DNA of 64,000 nucleotides from Macrostomum hystrix. Lineage: Eukaryota > Animalia > Platyhelminthes. Made by a program: the position numbers and the translations under genes. The notes beneath the pieces were generated by a model that was not told where the DNA came from, made no database searches, and saw nothing but the letters and a program-made list of their open reading frames with translations. Positions 34,713 to 46,557 of the stretch are shown here, piece after piece (position 1 is the first letter of the stretch; the number at the start of each line of letters is the position of its first letter). The stretch is from assembly GCA_950097015.1 (NCBI GenBank), contig CATNEN010000037.1, positions 4,464,001 to 4,528,000 on the forward strand, in the 5' to 3' direction.

Positions 34713-37700
34713 TCAAAGCAGGCCGCATTTAGAGCGCCTTGACTGCTTACCGCCGCTTTTGGAGTTGTAGAGCCTGGAAGCAGGAGACGGGGGCAATGGC
34801 AGTTCAATTACATCCTGTCCTGTCGTATTCAACTGCATGCTTCAGGAAAACGCTTTTCCAACCCTTATTATCTAGCAGAATCTAGTCCTGACTGCATGTC
34901 TGCACTAATTATCCAGCAGAATCCAGTCCCATCCCTAGTTATCCAGCAGAATCCAGTCCCATCCCTAGTTATCAAGCAGAATCCAGTCCCATCCCTAATT
35001 ATCCAGCAGAATCCAGTCCCATCCCTAGTTATCAAGCAGAATCCAGTCCCATCCCTAATTATCCAGCAGAATCCAGTCCCATCCCTAGTTATCAAGCAGA
35101 ATCCAGTCCCATCCCTAGTTATCCAGCAGAATCCAGTCCCATCCCTAGTTATCCAGCAGAATCCAGTCCCATCCCTAGTTATCCAGCAGAATCCAGTCCC
35201 ATCCCTAATTATCCAGCAGAATCCAGTCCCATCCCTGGTTATCAAACAGAATCCAGTCCCATCCCTAATTATCCAGCAGAATCCAGTCCCATCCCTAGTT
35301 ATCAAGCAGAATCCAGTCCCATCCCTAATTATCCAGCAGAATCCAGTCCCATCCCTAGTTATCAAGCAGAATCCAGTCCCATCCCTAGTTATCCAGCAGA
35401 ATCCAGTCCCATCCCTAGTTATCCAGCAGAATCCAGTCCCATCCCTAGTTATCCAGCAGAATCCAGTCCCATCCCTAGTTATCCAGCAGAATCCAGTCCC
35501 GTCCCTAGTTATCCAGCAGAATCCAGTCCCATCCCTAGTTATCCAGCAGAATCCAGTCCCATCCCTAGTTATCCAGCAGAATCCAGTCCCATCCCTAGTT
35601 ATCCAGCAGAATCCAGTCCCATCCCTAGTTATCCAGCAGAATCCAGTCCCGTCCCTAGTTATCCAGCAGAATCCAGTCCCATCCCTAGTTATCCAGCAGA
35701 ATCCAGTCCCATCCCTAGTTATCTAGCAGAATCTAGTCCTGACTGCATGTCTGCACTAATTATCCAGCAGAATCCAGTCCCATCCCTAGTTATCCAGCAG
35801 AATCCAGTCCCATCCCTAGTTATCAAGCAGAATCCAGTCCCATCCCTAATTATCCAGCAGAATCCAGTCCCATCCCTAGTTATCAAGCAGAATCCAGTCC
35901 CATCCCTAATTATCCAGCAGAATCCAGTCCCATCCCTAGTTATCAAGCAGAATCCAGTCCCATCCCTAGTTATCTAGCAGAATCCAGTCCCATCCCTAGT
36001 TATCCAGCAGAATCCAGTCCCATCCCTAGTTATCCAGCAGAATCCAGTCCCATCCCTAATTATCCAGCAGAATCCAGTCCCATCCCTAGTTATCAAGCAG
36101 AATCCAGTCCCATCCCTAATTATCCAGCAGAATCCAGTCCCATCCCTAGTTATCAAGCAGAATCCAGTCCCATCCCTAATTATCCAGCAGAATCCAGTCC
36201 CATCCCTAGTTATCAAGCAGAATCCAGTCCCATCCCTAGTTATCCAGCAGAATCCAGTCCCATCCCTAGTTATCCAGCAGAATCCAGTCCCATCCCTAGT
36301 TATCCAGCAGAATCCAGTCCCATCCCTAGTTATCCAGCAGAATCCAGTCCCGTCCCTAGTTATCCAGCAGAATCCAGTCCCATCCCTAGTTATCCAGCAG
36401 AATCCAGTCCCATCCCTAGTTATCCAGCAGAATCCAGTCCCATCCCTAGTTATCCAGCAGAATCCAGTCCCATCCCTAGTTATCCAGCAGAATCCAGTCC
36501 CATCCCTAGTTATCCAGCAGAATCCAGTCCCAACTGCCCTGATTATCTGGAAGCATATCCTACTACGAACTGCAGGATTTTAACTAGAGATGGAATAATT
36601 GGTATGAAAAATCACAGCCAGCGAAACTGATGTGCACGATTTAGACTAAACACTGAAAATTTTGAATACAAAAAGGCCAATTTAGAACCCTCAGTTTATG
36701 CAAATCACTTTCAATCATATAGCTAATAGTAGGAAATACTATGTGAAATTAAAAAAACATTATAACTGCCGGATGTGCGGCAATGATGCTATTTATCATA
36801 TCCTATAATTATAATCCTCTCACATGTTCTATTTAGATTTTCAGTAAACTCCTACTTAACATATTATTGATTGAATCAGCAATTTGATTGGACGAAGGTC
36901 TCACCTGAGCAATCGCACCAGATCATGAAACACCTGGTCAACATTGACTCTAGTCTTGGCGCTAGTCTCAATGTAGGCACAGTAGGGATTAAATTCCTGA
37001 TGCCGCTGCACCAGCTCCTGGGCGACGGACTGGTCAATGCAGCGATCATTCTGCAAATCTATTTTATTACCGGCCACCATAATGGGAAAAGCTTCGCGAT
37101 CCTTCACCCTGTAGATGAGCTGAATCAGCGAGTCGACTTCTTCGAAGCCTTTCTGGTCAGTAACGGAGAATACAACAAGAAAGGCCTGGCCTAGGCGCAT
37201 GTACTGCTCCCGCATTGAGGTGAACTCCTCTTGGCCTGTTTGATATTTATGCAGGATAGTTAGGTAATTGAGTTGTTTTTGACCTACAACTCTATATAAT
37301 GTGGAACACATTTTTCTGTAATTTTAACTCTGTAATTTTAATCTAGGACAAAAATGGTCTGTTTGCACACCTGCAGTATCTAGGATGTCCAATCGCGCCA
37401 TCTCATTGTCAATGTAGCAGGACTTGCTAAATGAATCCTCAATTGTTGGATCATAGTCTAGGAAGAACTTTGACTAAAAACAAGCAGAGAGATGACAATC
37501 TTTATTCATATAGAAAAAAAGTTGTTTGGAATGGATTTTAACTTCTTAAAGCATACATTGTTCACATTATTAATGCACAAGTACATACATTTTCCAAACA
37601 TTTTCTGTAGAACATTCTATTTCTAAAAATGTTCTTATTAAAATCCAGCAGACAACAAGTTAAAATGCTGTAATTCTAAGGCAGAATTTAAACTAGCATT

Positions 37701-40599
37701 TTCTTAATCACTACCAAAAAGTAAACTAGTAATACAGGCACTGCTCTGTATGCACTCAGAGCTATATTGAGTGTATATACACTCATGTTATTTTGTACAT
37801 ATGCTTTGCACATTTGTGTTGTCTACACACCCTTTGGGGGTCACTTTCAACCTACCTGATCAATATTGTTGTGTTTGCTAGTGTATATAAGTATTTGATC
37901 TCTTCTTGGTGTATTCAAATACAGATTGTAGTTTCTCTCATATTCTTGGCTCTTAGAAGAAATAATATAGCTAAGACATTTTTTAAGAAAAAGTTGTCAA
38001 AAATTTGCTTTTACTTTCCCATATTCTTATTCATAGGCTTATACACAATATTTATATTTTTGTTTTCACTAAAATTTTAAATAGCAACAAGAAAACTGTT
38101 GTTACAATATATATAATATATATATATTTGCTATGTTCTCATTGCTATGATTATCATAAAAATAACTGCTTTTACATAGCTAATAATGTTATATTAAAAC
38201 AGCTACAGACAGCTGTTTGCTAAGATAAACATTAGACTTCAGGGTAACAAAACATAAAAATGTATTTAAAAAATATTGGCATTGATTATACCACTTTCTA
38301 AACATAAAGACCAAGATAACAGTTTGAACATTATCTAAAATATTGTTATGCAGACTGAATCAAGAAACTGTATAAACAGTTTAATAAGATAGCTCTTTTA
38401 CACAAAGCATTAGTCATAATCATAATCTATATATATAAAAGTGAAAACTCTGTCTGTCTGTCTGTGTGTGTGCAACCTTTTGTCTTTATAGACGCCGAAA
38501 CCGCTCAACCAAATCGCACCAAACTTTGCACATACCTAAAACCACCTACGCTGAGTGCAATAGGCTACTCAAATTCCCGAAAAATCATTTCCTTCCTGCT
38601 CAAAAGTGCAAAAAACTGCTCAAAAATCGTCAAAAAATCACTCAATTCGACATATCGTCGCCCCACTTTGTCAGATTTTCTCCAAATTTGATCCACTTAC
38701 ACTTTACATGTTTTCCAACAATGCTGTCAATTTTGAACATCTCTACTCAATCCAGAGCAAAGCTGCATCATCTCAAAGTGAGTCACTTTTTGTTTTCCGA
38801 GGACAGCCACCCCAACTCCCCTCCGCCACTCTGCGGGCCAAATTTTATTACAGCCACCCCCTCCCTTCCCCGGGCGCCGAAGCCCCAGACTGTACATTGT
38901 ATTTTAAGACGTGAATGTACACAGCCCAAACCCCTAGACTGTCTACTGGCCCCCAAGCAGCACTGAGACTGAGTGCGGTGAGTGCGGTGGCGTCCCAGTG
39001 CGCAGGGCTCTCCGGTCGATATTTCTCTCCAGCCAGCCTGGGATAGAAGAAAGAGAGAGGCTGGCGTTGACTGGCTGTCAGAGAGGGCAATTCTGTGTCG
39101 TAGAAATGATGCCGCCAACGAAATTAACTACCAACTGCTTCAGGAGTTGCCAGGTGCAGTTTTCACCTACAAGTCAATTGATACAACGTTGACTGATGAC
39201 ACCGCTGTGGAGTATCCTGTTGAGTTTCTGAACTCTCTAGATCCTCCTGGAACTCCATCGCACAACTTGCAGCTGAAAGTTGGGGCACCAATTATGCTCC
39301 TCCGCAACCTGAATGCGCCAAGGCTGTGTAACGGCACCAGACTGATAGTCAGGCGGCTCTTCCCACACGTGATTGAGGCCACAATAATGACTGGATCTGG
39401 CAGAGGAGAGTCTGTGTTCGTTCCCCGGATTCCAATTATCCCCACGGACCTGCCTTTTCAGTTCAAGCGACTGCAGTTCCCTGTGAGAGTGTGCTTTGCG
39501 ATGACTATTAACAAGGCTCAGGGACAGTCACTGAAGGTGGCTGGCATCAACCTGGAGACTCCTTGCTTCTCGCATGGGCAGCTTTATGTCGCCTGCTCCC
39601 GTGTTGGAACTCCAGCTGGCCTATTCATTTTTGCACCAAGGGGAAGAACGAAGAATGTGGTGTATCCCCAGGCCTTGAGGTGACTCGCAAGCAATTAATA
39701 GAAAAGTAGTCACGAATTGACCTTGACCTGTCTAACTCTGAACTCTGAAACAGTTTAATTTTGTTTCTTTGACATTGTTATTGTTATGCCATGGCTATTT
39801 TCCTTATGTATACGCGTGTACATGCATACTGTATACAGAGGCAGATTTAGGGGGGGGCGGGGGGGCAGTTGCCCCCATAAATTTTAATCATGGGAATAAG
39901 ATGCCCCCACCAGGGGCGCCAGTCGCAGCACTGGCGCCCCTTTTCGGCCGCTGGCGCCCCTTTTTCAGCTGCTGGCTCCCGTTTTTCAGCCGCTGGCGCC
40001 CTTTCTTGGCTCCTGGCGCCCTTTTTCGGCCGCTGGCACCCCCTCTGTGATTCTCATGGCGCTCCCCTGACAGACCGCCCCAAAACAAAATTCCTGGATC
40101 TGCCACTGACTGTATAGAGGAGTGGCTAAGAGACATGTTTCTAAAGAAGTAATCAAGAGGGGGCTGTTTGGACAAACTTTTCACTTATTTTTTACTTAAA
40201 ACGCCCTTAAACAAACTTTTCACTTTTCATTAATGCAGTAAATAAATAAATGGTGACCTTCACTATAAAGTTAATACAGAGATGTGAATTGCTTACTGCT
40301 TTGCTTTAAATTTCTGCCCCAAAAACAACGGGCAAAAAAAGCTAGTATATTATATACCTTAGGGGCTTAGCTAGCTATTTCCTAAATAATATTTTGGATT
40401 TAATTGAATAGTAGGCCTAAATAATATTTTTGTCTTTATTGTATCTAATTTGCAAAACATGACAAAAACATTTTCATAAGCATAGCTATGAGCAACTTAC
40501 TTTCGAAAACTGAAGAGTCAAAGCACTTTTCCCAACTCCTCCACTTCCAATCACCACAATCTTAATTGGTTTTACAGACTTTGATGCACCTTTTGACAT
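34713..40599 (-). CDS. Ras-subfamily small GTPase, R-Ras/M-Ras-like, ~197 aa, 4 exons
   Basis: Exons 40599-40501, 37473-37371, 37235-36905, 34773-34713 splice in frame: [48 protein letters not shown], and C-terminal CAAX CGLL*. Confidence 0.92.
34870..36535. repeat. 30-bp tandem array (ATCCAGCAGAATCCAGTCCCATCCCTAGTT) in the last Ras intron, with an internal 851-bp re-duplication
   Basis: Direct reading; the unique junction CCTGACTGCATGTCTGCACT occurs at ~34888 and again at ~35739. Confidence 0.95.
39031..39683 (+). pseudogene. Helitron PIF1-like helicase C-terminal fragment (no Rep domain, no N-terminal helicase motifs)
   Basis: [25 protein letters not shown]...[55 protein letters not shown] are typical Helitron helicase motifs. 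Confidence 0.9.
39836..40108. mobile_element. hAT-type MITE (273 bp) nested in the Helitron
   Basis: Imperfect TIRs CAGAGGCAGATTTAGG and CCTGGATCTGCCACTG; perfect 8-bp TSD ACTGTATA (39828-39835 and 40109-40116); internal CGCTGGCGCCC repeats. Confidence 0.88.
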
Positions 40600-42196
40600 T
40601 TCAGCCCTACTATATGATTTCACAGGCAAAATTAAGTAGGCCTACTTATTAAGAGGTCAGGACTATTGTGAATTGTTTGCCAGTTCTTTTGCTGTACTTG
40701 GAGAACCTCTTGTGAATCTTGTGATATTGTGAAATGTTAAGTTAAATGATAGGTTAGCTAATAACAGCAAGCTTATTGCTATAAAAATAATAATAGAACT
40801 GGTTAAAGAATGCTTCAAGTCAACATGACAATCGTCAACCAGTTTGTGACCTTAATTTATTTGATATTATGCAATTTTTAGCTTTAGCTTGCCTAGCGCA
40901 GCTATTTAAGCCAATGCAGGCCAGATAAAAAATATAAATTTACCTTATGTACGGCTACCTAGTTCACAAAATAAATATGTATGCTACAATCAAGTATGAT
41001 ACTGCTATGCCAGCATGTGAACTGAGCTTAAATGTTGTCCAGTGTCAGTGATGGCATTTCTATTTTAAGAATTCACTGTTCCAATTCGCAACAGTAAACT
41101 TTAACCGCTTGCAAACTCGTAATACAACATTTACTTTGATGAATCTAAGAAAATATATCATTATACGATATACTCATGCTAATAAAAAACTCTCAAGCTA
41201 ATATTTGTTTGTTTTGCGTTCTTTTTTGGAATGATAGCTTACTTAGAAACAAACAGTGATAATTTAAACTGTCCTAAATTACGCATGATACATTGATACC
41301 ATTTTCAATGCAAATATTAACTGCCTAAATATTAAATATTAACTACTAAATATGTCTTTATATTTACAATAATTAGTCTACTTACTTTAAAATCGACCGC
41401 TTAGTATAGCAGTATGTATTCTTTTAATCTGTTTTGTGTACAAGTACTACTAGTAATTCGTTATCATCGTACCCTTAAACCCTATTCTTGTTTTGTTTTT
41501 TAGTGTGCAGTATAAAATCGTGACATTTTATTCACTTCTCATGATTATCATTTTTCTAGTTTCTTTTGTGCCAATTTATCTTGTCTTGTAACAAAAAAAA
41601 TTTTATTCCTAAGTTTGAAAGTCTTATAACCATAGGGCTAGGCCTATGATGTGCTGTTCACTCAGAGTGAATATCTCTTATATTAAACATCATTTGTGTA
41701 ATTAAAAATAGTTAACAAAAAAACAATAGCAAATTATGCTATTCTCTGCCAGAACCTAGCTTAAGTAGTAATATGACAGCTAGGCATTTCTTTGTTAACT
41801 GATGGTGAACAAGCTTGGTCATTGAAGAAAAATTATGTTAGCTAGTCCAAGCTAGTCCATCAAAAATGCCAGTGCCACCATGTTTAATAATTATTTTTAG
41901 TTCTGATAATTCTGGATTTAGCTCCACTCATTCATAAGCTTTCAGTTTGTTTCCTTTTGATTTGAATATGTGGCTAGCCTATACTATAAACTAGAAATTT
42001 AAACTAACTTTCATTTTTAGCTGAAGGATTTCTCCGTTCCAAGTGCTGGATTTGAAATGTTTTACTTAATTTCACTGTAGCCTGTGTCAGCTAGATACTC
42101 ATCTGCTGCTAGCAAGTGTTACTACCACCCTCTCCTCATCAACAACACTTCAAGCTAGCCTGATTCTGAGCTGCTAGCTTACAGCTGCAGCCAAGC

Positions 42197-44077
42197 ATGA
42201 CTGGGTCAAGTCGCCGCCTGTGCCTGGCTGCTTTAGCCGTCAGCTTCATCGCCTGCTGCCTCCTCCTAATATCATGGCGGGGCATTGTTTCTGACAGCGG
42301 AAGTCGACACCTCGTTGCTGGCCTGTTTGATCGGCGAAACAGCACTGACGGCGATATTTGGCCGCCGTGGCCACCTCTGAACCTGACAAACGGCTCTAGC
42401 GCGCTAGTGCTTGTCCACATCCAGAAGACTGGCGGCTCATCACTTGATCGTCAATTTGTTCGCGCCGGAGTTCGCGGCCTGCCGTGCGAGTGCCAACGCG
42501 GCCGCAAGCGCTGCCGCTGTTTAAACCCAGCCGGCGTCGATTGGCTGCTGAGCCGTGGCACCGCGGGCTGGGCCTGCGGCCTCCATGCCAGCCTGGCCGC
42601 CTTGCGCGCCTGCGCGCCAGCCTGGCGCCGCTTCCGGCCAGGCGTCCGGCTGCACTACATCAGCGTTCTTCGCCGACCAATTGATCGCTTTCTATCCGAA
42701 TGGCGCCATGTTCGACGCGGCGCCACTTGGAGCGCCTCGCGTAGATTCTGCGACGGCCAACCGACGCAGCCCCAGCCGGAGCCGTGCTACACAGACGAAG
42801 ACTGGCAGGATGTCAGCCTGGCTGAATTCTCAAATTGTCAGCGCAATCCGGCCAGGAATCGCCAGAGCCGAATGCTCGCCAGCCTGGTTGGGGCGGAGTG
42901 TCACGACGGCGAGCGCATGCTGGCCGGGGCCCTCGCCAACCTGCCCAGACTGGCCTTTGTCGGCCTCACCGAGTACCAGGTGAGGGTGGGGGCCAAATCA
43001 AACATGTTTGAAGAGCTTCGGAATCCTAAGGTCCGGAATTCGAATCTCAGTCGAAGGGAAAATGTGTGTCCTTTGACATGATATTTCCCATTGAGCTTCA
43101 AATCTAACAGCCTAAATGGATCTGGGGGTTTTGCGGCCCCCAGTCCGTGGACTGAAAAGCTGTACAGAGCCTTTGGATGCGCCGCGCAATTTTTGAGACT
43201 ATGCTACTACTAGCTTTATATTTAGTCCAACTATGCTCGGTAACGGGGTGAGTGTCAAATCGGTCTAACGCGTTTGACTCTCTCGCACCAAGGTCCCTGA
43301 GTTCGATTCCGCTGTGTGGCCACATTTAGCTCGTATTTAGGCGAAGCCGCGGAGAGAAGGCTTGGGGGCATGTCGTGCAATATTCGAGCGTACACCCATG
43401 ATGGCTAACCTCCAAGGCACAGTGAAAGTGTTCGCTGCCTGACGATGAGAAAGTCAGGGCAGATGTCCGCACCTGTGTGAGTGTGTGCCTGTGTTCAGTA
43501 TATGTGTGCTTGTGTGCTAAGGAGTCAGCGGAATGGGCAGAATGTAGCGGGTAGCGAGTCTAGTATCACCGAATAATGCGCGATTGCCCGCAGCCCTCTA
43601 TTTACATTTTTTGGAAAAACTATAACTTAGGGTAAGCGGTTTAAGTACCCGAATCTTTGGCAACCACAACAGGTGCTCAACCAGTACCAGCTGACCCGCG
43701 GCCTGGGCCTCCTATTCAATCGGCTATTCTGGCAGCACGATGCCACCGTGGCCGGCCAGATCAACGTCACCGCCGCGGACCTGGCCATGGCCGAGTCCGC
43801 CACCCGCCTAGACGCCCGACTGTACGCCGCCGCGGAGCAATTATTTTTCGACCGCACCCGGCGGCTCCTGTCAGACGACGCCCTCGTGGCCGACTTTGAT
43901 CCCGGCTTGGCTGGTGACCTCGCTGGCCTCGACACGGCCGGGCTTCGCGCGCTGGCGCCCAGGCTGGAGGCGGCCGCGGCTGGCGTGCTGCGCCGGCTGG
44001 GAGCGCGCGATGTCAGCGCCGCCGAGCGACGCCGAGTTCGACAGCGAGTTGAAGATAAACTAATTGAATCTCAGTGA
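42197..44077 (+). CDS. hs6st: Heparan-sulfate 6-O-sulfotransferase, ~395 aa, 2 exons
   Basis: Exons 42197-42979 and 43673-44077 splice in frame; N-terminal TM anchor; HIQKTGG, WLLSR.TAGWACGLHA, LRRPIDRFLSEWRHVRRGATW, NPARNRQSRMLA, AFVGLTEYQ, LD.RLY..A..LF. Confidence 0.93.
43010..43155 (+). mobile_element. SINE family A copy (degenerate) in HS6ST intron
   Basis: AGGTCCGGAATTCGAATCTCAG...GTGTCCTTTGAC...CCAGTCCGTGGACTG matches the other family A copies. Confidence 0.6.
43245..43520 (+). mobile_element. tRNA-derived SINE family B copy in HS6ST intron
   Basis: B-box GAGTTCGATTCC; body matches the reverse complement of 5560-5770. Confidence 0.75.
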
Positions 44078-44189
44078 GCTTTATCTTGCTTTCTGCCCGC
44101 TAGCCAATCTCCTCTGCTTTCCATTTTTCCCTATTTTCTTGTTTGGTATTCATCAGCCCAGCAGAACCCAATTCTTCTGCTCCTAGTGG

Positions 44190-44800
44190 AGACACAGGAT
44201 GGATGAGACACAGGACAAATGTGACACAGGATAGATGTGACACAGGACAAATGTGACACAGGGTAGATGTGACACAGGATAGATGTGACACAGGACAAAT
44301 GTGACACAGGATAGATGTGACATAGGATAGATGAGACACAGGACAGATGAGACACGGGATATATGAGACACGGGGTAGATGAGACACAGGACAGTTGAGA
44401 CACAGGACAGATGAGACACAGGACAGATGAGACACAGGGCAGATGAGACACAGGATAGATGTGACACAGGACAAATGTGACACAGGACAGATGTGACACA
44501 GGACAAATGTGACACAGGATAGATGTGACACAGGATAGATGAGACACAGGACAGATGAGACACGGGATATATGAGACACGGGGTAGATGAGACACAGGAC
44601 AGTTGAGACACAGGAGAGATGAGACACAGGACAGATGAGACACGGGATATATGGGACACGGGATATATGAGACACGGGGTAGATGAGACACAGGACAGTT
44701 GAGACACAGGATAGATGAGACACAGGAGAGATGAGACACAGGATAGATGAGACACAGGAGAGATGAAACATAATTCATGAGATATAAGAGATGTGAAGAA
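44190..44800. repeat. ~16-bp tandem repeat (AGATGAGACACAGGAC) 3' of HS6ST
   Basis: Direct reading. Confidence 0.9.
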
Positions 44801-45759
44801 TAATTGATGAGACAGGGAAGATGTAAATAATGATAGATGAGAAACGATTGAGGTGATGGATGGGACCAGTGGACTACGAGCATAGATTTTGTGTCTTCAG
44901 TAGCTCAGCAGTCGACCCCTGTCGGTATCGGCTTAAAACTAATTGAAAAAGTACTTAACATTAATGTCGCCCAACAAGCTGTAAACAGTTTTGGGCATCG
45001 ATACAAAAAAGTGGGGAAAGAAAAGCATTCGAAATTTTGTATCGATGTATCTTGTTAAACCGCAATCAGTATTTGTTTGCAAACATTTGTTCTCTCAAAA
45101 TGAAAAGATGTTAAATGAATTGTAGAATTGGTCCAATGTTAACTGATATTTTACATCAGATAACAGCAAGCTTGTTAGACTTTACTAATTAAAGTTTTGT
45201 TTAACTGACAGCCTTTTGTTGATTTGCGCGGACCAGTCTGTAGATAGGCTTATCAGTTTAATCCATTCATATTATACATCTGACATACATTGTATATGTT
45301 GTGAATAATTTTGTAATAAAATAGAAAACTTACACAAAATCATTTTTACGCTTGCAATAACCGTAACTGCTAAGGTCGTATATTCTGAGTAAATATCTCG
45401 AAACACACTTTTATTTAGTCAGTTTTATTGACCTGGATATTAAGTTCGATTTGTCTTTCAATAAAAACATAACAACCCTCTGTCTACAAGTATACTACTT
45501 ACAGTACTCGGTAGCAAAAAAGCTCTGATACAGCTAAAATCTGAATAAATCAATAATGGCCTTCAATAAATAGGTAGTAAAATTTCGGAGCTTCTGTACA
45601 GCTGCAGACATTAACATGATTCAAGAGTTAAAAAAGCTGGTTTTATAAAATAATACGCTGACTATACTGAGGTTATTCATTTGTCTTGGTGTCTATACGA
45701 TTTACGTATAAAATGTTTGATTATGTTTGTTGATCTAAGGGTCAGTCAATTGTAGCCGA

Positions 45760-46505
45760 TAATTGAAGCCACCAACTTACACCCCACTGTAGCAACCAAC
45801 GTACACCAACTATAGCCACCAACTTGCACCCTACTGTAGTCACCAACTTGCACCCTATTGAAGCCGCCAACTTGCACCCTACTGAAGCCACCAACTTGTA
45901 CCCTATTGAAGCCACCAACTTGCACCCTATTGAAGCCACCAACTTGCACACTATTGAAGCCACCAACTTGCACCCTACTGAAGCCACCAACTTGCACCCT
46001 ACTGAAGCCACCAACTTGCACCCTATTGAAGCCACCAACTTGCACCCTATTGAAGCCACCAACTTGCACCCTATTGAAGCCACCAACTTGCACCCTATTG
46101 AAGCCACCAACTTGCACCCTATTGAAGCCACCAACTTGCACCCTACTGAATCTACCAACTTGCACCCTACTGAAGCCACCAACTTGCACCCTACTTGAAG
46201 CCACCAACTTGTACCCTACTGAAGCCACCAACTTGCACCCTATTGAAGCCACCAACTTGCACACTATTGAAGCCACCAACTTGCACCCTATTGAAGCCAC
46301 CAACTTGCACCCTAATGTAGTCACCAACTTGCACCCTATTGAAGCCGCCAACTTGCACCCTACTGAAGCCGCCAACTTGCACCCTACTGAAGCCGCCAAC
46401 TTGCACCCTACTGAAGCCACCAACTTGCACCCTACTGAAGCCACCAACTTGCACCCTACTGAAGCCACCAACTTGCACCCTACTGAAGCCACCAACTTGC
46501 ACCTA
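45760..46505. repeat. 24-bp tandem repeat (GAAGCCACCAACTTGCACCCTAYT) beginning ~50 bp after the amidase stop codon
   Basis: Direct reading. Confidence 0.95.
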
Positions 46506-46557
46506 TTGTGTATTAGTTGGTGTGATTCCTGCATATCTCAGTCTTGCATAGCGTCCT

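Larger units (their letters stand above)
38426..40345 (+). mobile_element. Non-autonomous Helitron (~1.9 kb) in Ras intron 1
   Basis: 5' end A|TCTATATATATAAAA followed by a CTGT microsatellite; carries a RepHel helicase C-terminus; 3' end has a short TGCCC/GGGCA hairpin then CTAG|T; inserted between A and T with no TSD. Confidence 0.75.

Noticed and set aside
32164-36216. Repetitive ORFs ([28 protein letters not shown])
   Set aside because: Stop-free frames of 30-33 bp tandem repeats; the largest lies within a defined Ras intron.
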